This document shows positions 25,171 to 38,939 of a stretch of DNA of 64,000 nt, piece after piece. The number at the start of each line of letters is the position of its first letter. Position 1 is the first letter of the stretch. Position numbers and translations under genes: made by a program. Where the stretch lies: positions 31,441,112-31,505,111 of the forward strand of contig OZ316891.1 in assembly GCA_973895155.1 (NCBI GenBank), read 5' to 3'. This stretch comes from Marsupella aquatica. Taxonomy: Eukaryota; Plantae; Marchantiophyta. The notes under the pieces are model-generated. The model made no database searches. It saw only the letters and a list, made by a program, of their open reading frames with translations, and was not told where the DNA came from.

Positions 25171-27895
25171 CAGTTAACACTTTCGTTTATCTTTGCATAA
25201 GTATTCTCCTGAAAAGTATCACCATCCACACTTTGACCGAATCTCTCCCCTTTTACCCGTTTCCCCTTGATCACCCGAGAGACCTCCCCACAGCTTCCAC
25301 GTTCAGCAGCTCGTGCATCTCACATTTTCCTCCGAATCCTTTCTCATTCTCTCTTGCGTCATTTCCTTACCACTGCCTCGAGTCTCAACAAAAATTCCCT
25401 CTCAGTCCCAATGATCGGCCGTTCCTTCTTTTACTCCTCCGCTCCCAATGTGTGTCCACACCTTCTCCCGCATCCCGTCCTTCCTGAACTGACCAGAAGC
25501 TACTTGACCTTCGGCCTTGCGCTCTTGAATGTCCCACGATTAATCTCTTAACAAAAAAAATTGTCCACATTCGATTGCCTCATTCTCAACCTCTCCGAAT
25601 CTCCATTGCGCACGACAACATTTCCCATAGCATTCAATCACCAATCCTTCAATCTTCAGATTACTAAATCTCACTAATTAGTCCTCTCGGATTTTTTGAT
25701 CCACTTCCCACCATTCCACACAGCTCTATTGTTTCTCTCCCTAAATCTCAATAACGCACTTGGCCTCTCCTTGGAAATTTCATTCCGACATGTTCTCTGG
25801 AAAAGTTCTCAAACACTAACAATGAAAATCGAGCTTTTCCAATTCCTTCTCTGTTCTGAGCATCTCGCCAGCTTCACCTTGTTCACCAAAAAACCAAAAA
25901 AATCTCCCACACCAATCACCTCGCCCGTTCCCTTCCCCTGAACCACAAAGCGCGCACCCACTTCCATCGTTGCTATGCGTCCACCATAACGCCGCTAGCG
26001 CACACAACATCATAAGGAAACGGTAGAATCCATCCGCGTCTCAACAACGTCCACGCCAATTGTCCAATTCCTTATTTTCCTCGTTCCACAGGATCCCAAA
26101 TCTTCTACACCGGCGATGACTTCGAGCACCAAACCACAATGGCTGTGCGTGTCCTCCACCCGGAAGCTCCAGACAATCAATAATAGCTCTCTTCCGTGGC
26201 AAGTCAAAAAGCTCCGTAACATCGCCACAATGCGCCAGCAACCACCTTTCGCTTAGAAAACCCATGCGTCACATCTCTTCCTTCGAAAGCTTTTCTTCCA
26301 AAATCCTGTCCCTCGCTGTAAATCTCCTTTTTCTTTTTAAGAGCTCTCCATAGCACTCTTCCTCTCGACATCAGCTTCTCATGAACTCCTTTTTCTATTT
26401 TCGTTCCTTCTTTCCTATCAACTCTTTCCCGAGAATCTCTCTAACGTTCTCCGCGCCTCTAACTGCCATCTCCAACATGTCCTTATGAATTCAAATCCCC
26501 CCAGGCCGCCACATGTCACTTCCACAATAAATACCTCAAATCCCTTTAGCCTAAGCTTCAACTTTCACTTGTTTTATTCCTCTTTTGTCTTTTTATCCTT
26601 CAACTTTAACTCCTTTTTATTTCTTTCTCTTCACAACCTGAGATGCTTCCCAAACTGAACTAAAAGCAGGTCGTTATGTTCCGGCACACTCCACTTCATC
26701 CGTCAAATATTTTCCCCGATGACACCGGTGCAATTCGACAACATTTCTTGTCAACGGTCGTCACTTTCTCGTGTGAAATGACATCGGTTTTTGTGAGTAA
26801 CGCGACATTTTTTGTTTTAAAGGCAAATTTTGATTTAAGAGGGGGTAACTTAGGGGCCCTTTTCTTGTGTGTATACACAAGGGTGTATACACACACCCTT
26901 GCCCCAGCCCCGCATACCCGTCGTTCCCCCTCCCTCTCGAGTATCGGGTCGCAGCCACGACGCGCAACGCTGGCCAGCGCATTTTGTGCCATCGCGCGAC
27001 CACCCCGCCTGCTCCCCGTTACTCGCTGCCCCACGCCACCCTGCCCTTGCTTTTGCCGGCCGCACCTCGCACCGACGACCTCCCCGGCCCGGCCTTACGC
27101 ATACGCGGCAGCCCTCGCCCCGGCCATACGCCCTCCTTGTAGCCTACCTGGCTCACATGGATGCGCGTTTTGGGCGTATTTTTGTTTAAAGGGGCTTAGA
27201 CCCCCCTTTTAAGGGCCAATTTTTTTCTGGCTCTTCTTTCTATTGGCTCTCCCGAGCCCGATGACCCTCCGTTTTAACCTCTCCAACAAGGGCAACGGCC
27301 CCCTGTGAGCCCTGCTGTATTGTGCAGAGAATATTCTAAAAATATAGAGAGCGTGTTTTTGGCCGTACGACAAAAATTGATACCGGGAAATGATAACTTT
27401 TTCCGGTTGTTTTTGGGAAGGTGGTAGCTATTCAAGTTAGCTACGCGGTGCAACACTCCATTCGTGATTCCAACATCGATTGCCCATTCACATTTTAGGG
27501 ATTCTTGGAGGTGGTCAAAACGGGAGAGTTTTCCATGGTTTTACCCACCCCGACCAAAATTTGAATAACTTTTTTGTCAAAGTTCGTTTTCAATTTTTGT
27601 TTTCAGTTTTGGACTCCTAGCTACGTGGGCTACGCGGCGGTGTCGAGTTCTGAGTTTTATGAGAAGTTTCAAAAAAAGACTTTTTTCATGATTTTCTCAT
27701 ATGAGTGACTCGGAGGATACTAGAAGAATCGATGTCAGTGGAGCTTCAAGTTTGTGACGGTTAGACTGAGAGTCTGTGGAGGAGCTGGTACCGTTTGAGG
27801 AGGAACAAGTATCACCGATACGATCACCGGTGCGGCGTGCAATGGAAGAAGCTGTTCTACTACTAGAGCTGTCGGTAGTTGGGAAGAAGAGAGAG

Positions 27896-30800
27896 ATGGC
27901 GAGATTCGGAGGGGTGAAGTTTGAGGTGGAGAAGTATGATGGTCGTACTGATTACTTGCTTTGGGAGAAGCAAGTGAAGGGTGTTCTTTGGGCCATGGGC
28001 TTATCTCATCTGCTCTCTTCGCGAGAGCAGTATGATGGAGAGGAGGAGATTTATGTGAAACAGTGGAGATAGGAGCAGGTGATTGCTGTAAATGCGGTGA
28101 TGCTATACCTCAAGCCGCATATCATCAAGAAGCTGGATGATTATGACGATTGCGCATCACTCTTCAAAGGCCCTAAGAGAGAAGTACTATCGGGAAGATG
28201 CATCGGACCGGCTGTACAAGAAGTCTCTCTTGATGAGCCTCAGGCTCAAGGAAGGGAGCAAGCTATAGGATCACCTGGATGAGTTTGACAGTTTGGCGGT
28301 AGATCTGTCAAACCTGGGTAAGGGAGTTGAAGATGAGGATAAGGCCTTGCTTCTGCTAAGCTCCTTATCGCCATCTTATCAGGGCTTGAAATAGGTGCTC
28401 TTGTACACAAATCTGAAGTCCATTTTGTATGATGAGATGGTGAGCTCTCTACTGTCTGATGATGCTCAGAAGAAGCTGGGTCTAGCATAGACAGCATCTT
28501 CTTCTAGTAATACGTTGAACGTGAATCGTGGAAGACCAGCGCAGCGCACGAATGGGCAAAACAAATTTAGATCTACGTCAAGGGGGAGATCTAAATCTAG
28601 AGGAAAATTGCAAGAGAGGAAGCCTCTTGCATGTTGGAAATGTGGCAAGCCAGGCCACATGAAGAGAGATTATCGGGTAAAGGACTCTACCCCATCAGCT
28701 AATGCGGCATCAGTGCACATGAGGTAGATTTACTCGATGATGATATTTTGTGATGCCATTACTTTGCCCTCAACGTAGTATCCCATCAGGGAGATGATGG
28801 TTGGATACTAGATAGTGCTTGTATTTTTCACATTTGCTACAGGAGAGAGTTTTTCAGTTCTTACATGGTTCCAATGGATTAGTGTTGATAGGAAATGGAA
28901 TCCCATGCCAAGTAGGTGGACTTGGATCTGTGAGATTACAGATGTTTGATGGTGTTGTAAGAACAGTGCGGAATGTGAGACATATTCCTAGCATGATAAA
29001 AAAATCTCATTTCACTTGGAATGTTAGAAGCAAATGGCCATCAGTGGAGTTCTACTAATGGTGTCCTTCAGGTTTCAACCGGTTCTAAGGTTGTGTTGAA
29101 GGGAAAGAGACACAAAAATTTATATATTTTGGAGGGCATAGTAGTATGTGATGAAGCCAATGTAACCTTATCTCATGAGGAGACGGTCCGACTGTGGCAC
29201 TTCCGGCTAGGTCACATGAGTGAAAAAGGTTTGGCTGTACTTATGAAAAGAGGTTTGATTTCTAATTTGCACTCTAGTAAGTTAGATTTCTGTGAGCATT
29301 GTGTGCTTGGGAAGCAGCACAGGAAACCCTTCGGAGTTGGAACTCAGACCAGCAAGGAGGTACTTGAGTATGTACATAGTGATGTGTGGGGACCAGCCCC
29401 TACTCCCTAACACTCTGGACGGTTATATTATGTCACGTTCATAGACGATTATTCAAGGTATTTGTGGATCTACTTTCTCCACAACAAGTCTGATGTTTTT
29501 GCCACTTTTAAGGAGTGAAAAGCCCAAGTTGAGAATCAGACTGGTAACAAGGTGAGATATCTTCGATCGGATAACGACGGTGAATACGGTTCCGAGGAAT
29601 TTGGAACGTATTGTAAGGAGCAAGGGATTACACATCATCTCACAACAAGTTATATTTATCAGCAAAATGGTATTTCTGAGAGGCTCAACCAAATACTATT
29701 GGAACGCTCGAGGAGTATGTTGAGTCAATCATGCTTACCACATGAGTTTTGGGCTGAAGCTATGAACACTGCAGCTTATTTGGTAAATTTCTCTCCATCA
29801 AGTTCTATTGGATTCAAGACGCCATTTGAAATGAGGTATGGGCGTCCAGCAGATTACTCACATCGGAGGATTTTTGGATGTGATGCTTATGTGCTTACAC
29901 CTTCCCAGCTTCGATCCAAGTTGGAGTCCAAGTCGAACAAGTGCATTTTCCTTGGCTATCAGAAAGGTGCGAAGGGTTATAGGTTATGGGATCCAATAAC
30001 CTGTAAGCTAATTGTCAGTAGAGATGTATCCTTTAATGAATCTAGATCATCAAATGAGGGGGAGAATTCTCAGGACTCCCATACTGACAAGGGGAAATCT
30101 CCCATCCCGGACCGGGTTGAGGGAGAGATAAGTCATGATGATGTTCATGACAGGAGAGATGAAGAAGCTCCGGGCATGGAGTTGATTGTTGTAACAAGAG
30201 GAGAAAATTATTGATGGGGTACCTCAAATTCAGCCAGCAGCAGCAACAGACCAGCCTAAATCATCTACTAGAAGAACTTCTAGTCGTTCTACTAGAGCTC
30301 CTACCAGGTATGGTCAATGGGCAGACTCATCTAAGTTAGATGATATTGACATTGCACCTGATGATGATGATATGGCTTTGATCTTGGAAGAATGAGAGCC
30401 TTCTTCGTAGAGTGAGGCTTGTGCTTCAGAGCAGAAGCATGAGTGGAATGCAACAATGCAGAGGGAGTTGCAATCTTTGAGAGATAACAAGACATGGAAG
30501 CTGGTGGAGCTTCCAAGAGGTCAACAAGTGGTAGACAACAAGTGGATTTACAAGTTGAAGGACAGTCCTTCAGAGGGTGGAAACAAGATCTACAAGGCAA
30601 GGCTTGTTGCCAAGGGATTCACTTAGGAGAAAGGAGTGGATTACAATGAGGTTTTTTCACCGGTGGCTAAGTATTCCACAATTCGGATCTTGTGTTAGCT
30701 TGTTGTGTTTTTTGGTCTGGTGATGGATCAGATGGACATTGTTATTGCTTTTCTCTATGGTAACTTGGAAGAGATGATCTTTATGAGACAGCCAGTAGGC

Positions 30801-31956
30801 TTTATGAAGAAGGTCCAAGAGAACTTAGTTTGCAGATTACTCAAGTCCTTGTATGGATTGAAGCAAGCTCCTAGATAGTGGAACAAGCGGTTTGATGATT
30901 TCATGCTTGCTCAAGATTTTACAAGGATGGTGTATGATCCTTGTGTGTATACAAAATCAGTCAAGAATGATGTGTTTAGTTTCATCATTCTGGTTCTCTA
31001 TGTGGATGACATGCTAGTTGTGGCTAAAGATCAAGCTGAGGTTGACAGATTCAAGGCGAAATTGAGCTCTGAATTCAGGATGAAGGATCTTGGTAAGGCC
31101 AAGAGGATCTTAGGAATGGAGATTTTTAGAAACTTTGATACTGGACAGTTGTGCTCGAATCAAGGCAAGTATGCGAGGAAGGTACTTGCACGATTCAACA
31201 TGGAGGATTGTAAGCCAATGAGCATTCCTTTAGCTTCACATTTCAAGTTATCATTGGCTCTCTCCTACGGATGCTGTGGAGAAAGGTCTGATGGCTAAGA
31301 TTCCTTATGAGAAGGCAGTAGGCAGTCTGATGTATTTGATGACTTGTACTAGGCCTGACTTGGCCCTAGTAATGGGCAAGGTTAGCAGATTCATGTCAAA
31401 TCCAGGGAAGCTACATTGGAAAACTGTGAAATGGATTCTCAGGTATCTGAAGGGAACACAGGACTATGGATTACTATTTGATGGCAGATCAGATAGAACC
31501 ACTACCTTGGTTGGCTATGTAGATTTTGACTATGGAGGCTGTCTAGATACAAGGAGATCTACAACTGGGTATGTATTTACTCTTGGAGGAGGATGTATCA
31601 GTTGGAAGTCTACCTTGCAGAAGTGTATCTCTCAGTCTACTACAGAAGCAGAGTATGTTGCAGCAGCAGAAGCGGCAAAGGAAGCAATTTGGTTAGACAG
31701 GTTGATCACGGATATGGGTTTAGAGCATGGCAAGATGACTCTAAACTGTGATAGTCAGAGTGCTCTTCACTTGGCTGCTAACCAGGTTATGGATAGCAGA
31801 GTGAAGCACATTGATATCAGGTACCATTTTATCAGGCAAGTAGTGTCTGATAAAACTTTTGAGCTAGTCAAGATTGATGGAAAGCTCAATCCCGCTGATG
31901 CCTTTACCAAAGTGATTCATTTGGAGAGTTTCTCAAGACACCGTGCTACTTTGTAG
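27896..31956 (+). pseudogene. Copia gag-pol polyprotein with stops and frameshifts
   Basis: Gag MARFGGVKFEVEKYDG, knuckle CWKCGKPGHMKRD, protease WILDS, integrase LWHFRLGH..CEHC..VHSDVWG and QQNGISER, RT LYVDDML, RNase H STTEAEY and KHIDIRYHF. Confidence 0.92.
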
Positions 31957-32179
31957 GTTTTGCAGTTGTAGCACAAGTAGAGTTACTTAGCAAGGTTGTG
32001 ACTATTTGTATATGGATTACTCATTCCAGTTTGGCTACGACTTAGTTCTAGTTAATCCTTAGTTAACCCTTGTGGTTTTTAGGGGGAGACCTGTTTAGGT
32101 GATTGTCTAGAACTTCCCGCTGAGAATTCCATATGGTAGCAATTAGTCCAGTCCCTAAGACAAGAGTCAAGGGGGAGTT

Positions 32180-32475
32180 TGTTAGGTATTGCTCTTAGTC
32201 TTGTGACTCTTGAACTAACCACAGTTAGGCTAACTCAGGTTAGGACTTAGCTACTTAGGTTAGCGGTAGTGCTATTGTGTATATAGCCAGGGCTGGTGCT
32301 AGTCCTTGGGGGATCTTCAGTTCATTGTTGGAGTTGGGCAAGAGAGAAGTAAAGGTCTCTTGCTTTCCCGTGGATGTAGCCTCGGTCATGAGGTGAACCA
32401 CGCACTCGCTATGTCGACTACTTTGTATAGTGTTCACATGTGCATGGTGTCTCGGGATAGGGATTATCCCCAATA
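32180..32475 (+). repeat. 3' LTR
   Basis: Direct repeat of 21276-21568, preceded by a polypurine tract. Confidence 0.92.
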
Positions 32476-33439
32476 GTGGTCCATGGGAGCACAATTTTCA
32501 GTAACAAAGTGACAGATTGTGGAGAATCAAAATACACTTTTTCTCTGCAATTTAGGGAGTGCTAAGGGCACTAACAGAGAGGGCTCTTGACATGCAAGAC
32601 ATTCCTCAGACCCTCTCGATATCCTGAGAAATTGCACTCAACTGACTATCGACTGTGCCTAAGAAATAATGCTAGACTCGCCCCAATTTGACCACAACTC
32701 TCTTAGGATCAATGATACTGTACATGAGGGGCCCTTCCCTTAGACGTAATTCCTATCAGGAAGCAAGGTTACCGGTGTGTAACCTTTTCTACTAGGTGCC
32801 ACCATTTCCATAACCGTCTGCCCAAAAAATGTTCCCGGTAATCTTTTTTCCGGGCAGGTATTACATATAATAATGAGGGCTTGGGCTGGGGTTACTCTAT
32901 GAAACCTGTTCTCACAAAGCTGAAAAATTTCCAGGTTGCAACTGGTCAGCATTTTCTCACTTTATGGTGCATTTTTTCACTTTATGGTCATAGGGTTACA
33001 AACTAGTAACCCAAGAAGTAACCCAAAACCAAGCCATCGTTACCCTATACTTGCCGTGGCTGGCCTTCCCATATATAACGGAAAAGTCCAACTTCACGAG
33101 CATTACTATCTCACTTGCCTTGTGTCCTCTGTGCAAAGGATCAACTCTGGCGCCCTAAATCCTCACTAGGGTTTAACACTGCAAGTGTGGTTTCCGTGGA
33201 AAGTCGAGGAGTACAGGCTGCTGGACCTCGAAGACCCACCGTGAGAACAACTTATACGTGTTGCAGCTTCCAATGTGATCGTCCACTCTGGGTGCATCGT
33301 CTTTTGGTTGCAAGGCAGAAAGAACAGAAAACACACCTCAAACCAAAGACTACTTTACTGCACTCCGCTCCCGCCTTGCTTCTACTCCTCTTCACATGCA
33401 TTCTTCCTTCTTCTCAGTCAAGTGAGGTAAGGCGGGGCG

Positions 33440-35571
33440 ATGGCATCATCCGGAGAGCCCGAAGGAGGTCGGTGGGCAGCCATAGCAAGGAAGGAGGCCG
33501 CCGTGACAGTGGATGTCCCGCTGCTGAAGTCGACCGTCGGGCTGAAGACCGTGGTTGTTGACGCAAACGCAATTATCGGGGGCGGCGTTAGGCTCGCGGG
33601 GGTCGCGGACCAGTTTGTCACTGTCAGGGAAGTTGTGGAGGAGGTGCGCGATCCCGCTTCAAGATTCCATCTCGCCACTCTCCCTGTATCTATTCGGTGC
33701 TTGGAACCGTCGAGCGAAGCTTTAGCTGCTGGTAAGAATTGATTTACGCTTAATTGCGTGAGTTGCGTTCGTGAAATGAATTGATGGGGGATGCGTCAGA
33801 CTTACTTAAGTACAAATATCATGAAGAACTGTAAACTTGTTTTTGATCTGCTACGACTAGGCTTATGATCGATTACCGTTTGCCGAACTTAATTCGAGTG
33901 TGGATGATCTCATTGGTTGTCATAACTTGCGGGTATAGGGTTTAGGTCTACTTGGCTCGATACTGACTCATTGTGTGAACTTTTGGAGAACTCACTGAAT
34001 GTCGGATGCCTGGACGCGTTGCAGTAATTAAATTCTCTCGTGCTACTGGAGATTTCCAGTCCTTGTCAAGTGTGGACTTGAAGCTTATAGCCCTTGCCTA
34101 CACCTTTGAGGCGGAAGTTCATGGTATGGCTCACATACGCTCTGAACCGCCGCCACTTTTGGTCAGTAATTCAAGCAGAAACGAGAAGGATCCCCCAGGG
34201 TGGGGTGCCGTCGAAAACCCTGAAGAATGGGAGTGCATTGAGGAGAACGAGCATTCCGGAGACTTGAAGACTAAGTCTCATATACTGGGTATAAAGTCTT
34301 TGAATATGGATCTCTCACCGTCTGATGTTGCGGGAGGTTCTCCTGCGGCTGCTCTTTCCAATAGTTACAAGCAAGACGAAGTTATGGCCGCTAGGGAGCA
34401 TGATACAGCAGACAATTCAGCAGACAATTCAGCAGTCCAGGAGGACCATTCGGCGCAAATGATTCAAGAGTCTGTAGAACCTGTGGAGGGACCCCGGGAG
34501 GTTTCCAGACCTAACCCTAATGTGCCAGATAAGCATCCATTTAGTCTCGAGAGAAAACTGAATGTAGTAGAAGGACTTGATTCATCAAAAGGTGAAGGTG
34601 ATGACGATGGTTGGCAGCGGGCTTCGTGCCGGAGTACTCGGCGTAACTACTTGAAAAGAGAAGCGAAACGCTCAGCAAGGAAGGAAGCGGCAGAGACTGC
34701 AAGTGCTGAAATGCCTTACAGCGTAAGTGATGAGCAAGCCAATTTTGCTGCAGTAAATCTGTGCGCCAGATCAAATGATAATGCGGACGTGATCAACACA
34801 TGCTTATCTTTAGATACAGATGAGGTTAGAAAAGAAGTTCGTTTAGTGGACGATGCAGCGGGCAGTTGCAGTGAAGACGAAGGTACAGATTCGAGAGACG
34901 AGAAAGATTTGAATATGATGCAAGCTTGCACAGAAGGACGTGACAATCATAACAGCGCTGTGGATGATATTACTAGCAATTGCACAGATGCACCATCATA
35001 TAAAAGCGGAGATGTTGAGAGTGAGGAGAGTTGGATGATGACTCCACTATTGAAGTCAAGCATCGCATGCATGACGGCTGATTTTGCAATGCAAAATGTT
35101 CTTCTGCAAATGGGACTTCGGCTCCTTGCAACAAATGGAATGCATATCCGTGAACTCAACAAGTGGGTGCTCAAATGTCAGGCCTGTAATTATGTGGTTT
35201 CAGATGTTGGACGTATGTTCTGTCCCAAGTGTGGCAATGGTGGTACCCTCTTCAAGGTTTCTGTCACTGTTGGACAGAACGGTACTATACACGCAGGGCG
35301 TGCCCGTCGTGTCAATCTTCGTGGTACACGTTATTCGCTGCCAATGCCAAAGGGTGGAAGAGAAGGTGCTGCCCAAAACCCAATACTGCGTGAGGATCAG
35401 TTGCCCAGAGTGAGAAAAACGGTGCACTCGGATAGGTCTGTTTTAACTGATGTGAACTTCACTACGACTCGGGACAGGAAGGCTCAACAGCTGGCAGGTG
35501 TGAAAACAGCTGCTGCTGTTTTTGGTGGCCGGAGAAATCCCAATGAGAGACATAGTGCTCTCAGAGGTTGA
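33440..35571 (+). CDS. NOB1: NOB1 20S pre-rRNA endonuclease (PIN domain plus zinc ribbon)
   Basis: Exons 33440-33731 and 34025-35571. Motifs VVVDANAII, EVRDPASR, TGDFQSLSSVDLKLIAL, MTADFAMQNVLLQMGL, KCQAC...FCPKCGN, NLRGTRYSLP and NPILREDQ. Confidence 0.95.
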
Positions 35572-36570
35572 TACCGCCGATGACAATTCTTCTTTGACCT
35601 CGTTGGTCCTCAAAGAAGAGTAATTATCAGAAATTTTTAATGCGGTGGTGCTGCTGTTCCGTTTGTGATCCAAAATCGACAAGCATTGTTAGTTTTTGAT
35701 GCTTATAGCATTTGCAGCGGGGTTGTTGGGTGCATATTTGGATAGAGGGGCAGCATTCTGTATTCTGGCGATAAAGGAGTGAAGCGGGTGGGCCTAGGAG
35801 GTTCATGGTGAAAGCTCAGTCTATTGGATGACATAATATGGAGCTGGTGCATGTGAGCCCCTATTGGAATGAGGTGTTGATACTTACAGCGGGAAAGGAA
35901 AACTGGAGAAAGAACTTGGAGAGAGAAGTTGATATCTCATTTTGAGTATTATGCAATGAAGGCTAGCACTACTGAATTTTTGTCTTCGTGCAAATCATCC
36001 TCTTCAAGATAATTTTGAAAGGGTTAATTTTTCTTCTGTGTCTCGCCTGGATCAAGTAGGCTCCCACCTTCGCATTCTATGTATCACGGAATACGCTGTG
36101 ACAGTTAGGCTGTCGGAGAAGGCGGACGTGCGGCAGAGACGCACCCATGCTAATAGCAGAGAAAAGACAGAAGGAGCAGATCCTTAAGGCCAGCCTTTAC
36201 GGCAAATAGTAGATAGGGAACAAATGTAGGATAATCACGGTTGGAACGGAATGGAGCATACGATGGTGACATCAAATCGCTGAGTGTTGTTCTTACCAAC
36301 CTATGGAAATTTTCGCATTTTCTCTTCCGTTTAGATCTTTGAAGAATAGTGTAAAATGTCAATTCTCACACTTTTACACATCAATCGGAGACACTGGGAC
36401 CAGGTTATATAGCCATCACCTAGTTTTGAATGCGTTGTCGTCATTCCAGGACCAAATCTACGCGACCAGCAATTTTGTGGTCGATCGAGCCTGCTCGCTC
36501 AGTCCAATGACTACGTGGGAATGCTATGATGATCATCATCTTGAGACTCGTGCCAAGCAACCTCTGCATG

Positions 36571-37199
36571 TACACTTAACTCAATCTAAGTGCATGCTCT
36601 CGGGAAGATGGATATGGCATGCACTAAACCAGGTGTTGCATTCTTTGATAAGCCCAGTCCCCTATCAATAAGTGCACTTATTGATATGTGTGCTTGACTT
36701 AGACTCCTTTGTTGTACAGCTTAAATCACTGTAAGTGCATTCTCTCGGGAAGATGGATCTGGCATGCACTTAACCAGGTGTTGCATTCCTTTGATAAGTG
36801 CACTGCCCAAAAAAGTGCAGATATGATAACTGCACTTGATTTAGGTTCCTTTGTTAAATAAAGAGCCCCGTTAGTGAGTAGTCCCCCTTGTACTTTGTAT
36901 CTCTGCCCTAATTCTGTGCCCACCCTCCTTAAGTGCATTCTCTACTCTACTAAAGATGGGCATGCATTTATCTGTAAATCCAATTCATGATTTTGTGCAT
37001 TTACCCATAAGAGCATATAGACACTTATCAAGGGTAAGCACTTATAAAGTTATCATTTAGTGAAATGATTTTAGCCCTGTTTGCGTGCTTAGAAAGCGCT
37101 TATCACGTGTTAAACAATAGGGAAGAACAGGATGACTCATCCTGCATTAATCAAGGATAAGTACTTATGGAGTGTGTGGTTAGAGAGAGCCGACTGTAC
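36571..37199. mobile_element. Degenerate Tc1/mariner-type MITE with duplicated left arm
   Basis: Imperfect TIRs (gtacacttaactcaatctaa / ttagagagagccgactgtac), repeated aagtgc.../gcactt subterminal motifs, and a ~70-bp unit repeated at ~36588 and ~36733. Confidence 0.45.
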
Positions 37200-38939
37200 A
37201 ATATCCAGAATTACTTATTACAATTCAAGGTGGGTGTTGACAAGGACGGATGGAGGAACTGTTGAAGAATTCCAAAGTGCAACTAAATCTGATATACAGT
37301 AACTACAGGTAACTAGGTTTTTAATTAATGCACTTTGGCTGGGTTTGAGGAACTCCCACGTCTTTTGACCTCCCATCTTTTCCAGTAGAGAGGCATTTCA
37401 TACTCTAGGGCCGGTTGAACTGGAGTTTGGTTTAATTTGATGGTCAGTATGATGTAGTGATCAAGATCTGAATTACTTTTGGTAAAGTGGTGGCAAGATT
37501 TGTGACTAAGGGCATGAGTTAAGGGCCAAATCATCAAACTTTTCCCAGTCTCAGAAAGAAACAGCGAAGACAGAATTAATTTTCGTCAATAGATTTCATC
37601 GTGCTCTGGGTTTATGCCTCCCCTTTTGATTTACAGCACCTAGCGATATACACGGTAAGTCTATCACATGGTCCTCTAATGTACTTATGGCTCCATTTTC
37701 GAGACACCTTATGTTGTTTCTCTAAATAGAAGCCTGATGGACCTCCCCCTATAGATCTCTCGTTAGAAGATTTCATTTGATATTGGGAGGATACCAACTG
37801 CGACAGTTATGATGATTATTATTTTTTGGTGTGTGGGTGTGTTAAAACTGTGACAGTTAATTACCAAATACCTTTAAGAAATGTAAAGCGTGGACACTGA
37901 ATGAGCCAAGGATAGAAATTCATAACTCTCTCGTTTTTTCATGACAACTAGACATGTTTCCACGCCCTTGCTAACAAGCCCAAGAAAAGCAAACTACACT
38001 GAATAGAAAGGAGATACTAAAAGTCAAACTTAGCCGTTCAAATGTAAAGAGATATTACAGGTCAAACTCTCACATATGTTAATGGAAACTAGCATATTAG
38101 ACTGGTTAAAGTTTTTTCCAAGGAGTATGAGCCCAAGAAGAGCCAACTACACTGGATAGAAGAGATATTAAATGTCAAACTTTGCCCTTGAAATCTAAGG
38201 AGATTAATAGGTCAAACTTTGTCATTGGAAGTATTTTGGAGACTAGAGGGGAGTCCAGAAGTGAAGGTGTAAAGATGTCAGTGTGTCCATGGGGGTTGCA
38301 TAGTTCACCGCTCCATCACTTTCGTTGTTTCTCTTGATGCTGTGTATTGTGCGGAATGCAAATTTAGTGGATTGTTCCAATCATTACTTGGATGGGATCC
38401 ATCGAAGCTTTCTGCGATAGAATACCAAAATTTATTGTGTGAGAGTAAAGTTTTTGATCCTAAATCTGTCTCATTGTCTTGGAAATGTATCCCATGCAAG
38501 CTGAGGATTCGTATCCTCGCACAAAGTTGGGAAAGAGATCTCCATCGTTTCAACTGAGCGAAATGTTTCAAGAAAAAAAAAATGCATAACCAGAGCTTGA
38601 CGCAGTGTCAATTATTGCAGGAATCACGACCGCGACGATGGGAGCACGAAGACAAGGACGGGAGTTCCAGATCCGAATCTACTTGTCTTCTCTCTGTGGC
38701 CCGCTGCCAGACTCATAATTATGACGAAACACAGTCAAAAGCATTCTGGACTACAGTACGGGAGTCCTCTCGTACGTCTCCTACTATAAAGTTTTTCTCT
38801 TCTCTTTTGCTCACTTTCATAGCTGGCGATCTGTGAAGAACCCCCTTTTCCTCCGGCCGCTGAGGACGATCGCTACCTGTCAACACGGATCCTGCGGTCT
38901 GCTGCTTCATTTACCTCGATCGTGGAGGAGCCTGTCATC

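Larger units (their letters stand above)
21276..32475 (+). mobile_element. Ty1/Copia LTR retrotransposon (Tork/Tnt1-like), disabled, with an expanded 5' internal region
   Basis: LTRs at 21276-21568 and 32180-32475, TSD gtgct/gtggt, PBS tggtatcagagc, PPT aagggggag before the 3' LTR, and gag-PR-IN-RT-RH domain order. Confidence 0.95.
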
